A program made the translations under genes and the position numbers. From positions 24,924,001-24,988,000 of the forward strand of contig NC_135894.1 in assembly GCF_964194155.1 (NCBI RefSeq): 64,000 nt of DNA. The letters run 5' to 3'. The notes under the pieces are model-generated. The model saw nothing but the letters and a program-made list of their open reading frames with translations, had not been told where the DNA came from and ran no database searches. Origin of the DNA: Cetorhinus maximus. Lineage: Eukaryota. The number at the start of each line of letters is the position of its first letter. Position 1 is the stretch's first letter. This document shows, one piece after another, positions 63,591-64,000 of the stretch.

Positions 63591-64000
63591 TTAAGCACAG
63601 AAGTCTAGGCTGACACTCCAGTGCAGGACTGAGGGAGTGCTGCACTGTCAGAGGTGCCGCCTTTAAATGAGGCATTCAACCGCATTCGCGGGGGGATGTG
63701 AAAATCCCATGGCACTACTTTGAAGAAGATCAGGTGAGTTCTCCCTGGTGTCCTGGCAATATTTATCCCTCAACCAGTGTCACTAGGAACAGATTATTTG
63801 GTGATTATTATATTGCTATTTTACTGGAGCTTGCTGCGTGCAAATTGCTATATTTCTTGTATTACAACAGGGACTACACGTCAAAAGTACTTTATTAGCT
63901 ATTAAGTGCTTTGGGACATCCTGAGGTTTTGAAATGTGCTATAAAAATGCAAGTTAATTCTGCTTGTTTCTTAAAATATCCCCCCACCCCACCCCTAGAT

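Larger units (their letters stand above)
62700..63958 (+). mobile_element. SacSINE1/DeuSINE-like SINE split by a CR1 insertion
   Basis: Head GTGCCAGCTGTGGCTCAGTTGG (62700-62771); resumes AAGCACAGAAGTCTAGGCTGACAC at ~63593; ends AAATGCAAG. Confidence 0.88.

Overview
Repeat-dense vertebrate DNA, almost certainly cartilaginous fish (elasmobranch), intronic or intergenic. The taxon is inferred from the repeat families: CR1 LINEs, SacSINE1/DeuSINE-like SINEs and Penelope-like elements (PLEs). I found no host protein-coding exon I can support. Every recognisable ORF is transposon-derived and disabled. Main contents: (1) two recent, near-identical PLEs (RT + GIY-YIG) in opposite orientation, with target-site duplications (TSDs) and minimal hammerhead-ribozyme motifs in their pseudo-LTRs; (2) several short PLE end fragments, mostly fold-back (palindromic); (3) a decayed two-gene PIF/Harbinger transposon (intron-containing Myb/SANT gene convergent with a HARBI1-type DDE nuclease) plus many Harbinger-like MITEs; (4) a Gmr1-like Gypsy remnant with SCAN-like gag and protease; (5) many CR1, CR1-group, L2 and Tx1 fragments and three SINE families, often nested; (6) a 19-bp minisatellite; (7) two repeat-free, motif-dense islands (about 48.4-49.2 kb and 54.3-54.9 kb) that look like developmental enhancers. 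I did not find a system I can claim is undescribed; the best leads are the variant hammerheads and the fold-back PLE mini-elements. All calls are by eye, and boundaries without a stated TSD are approximate.
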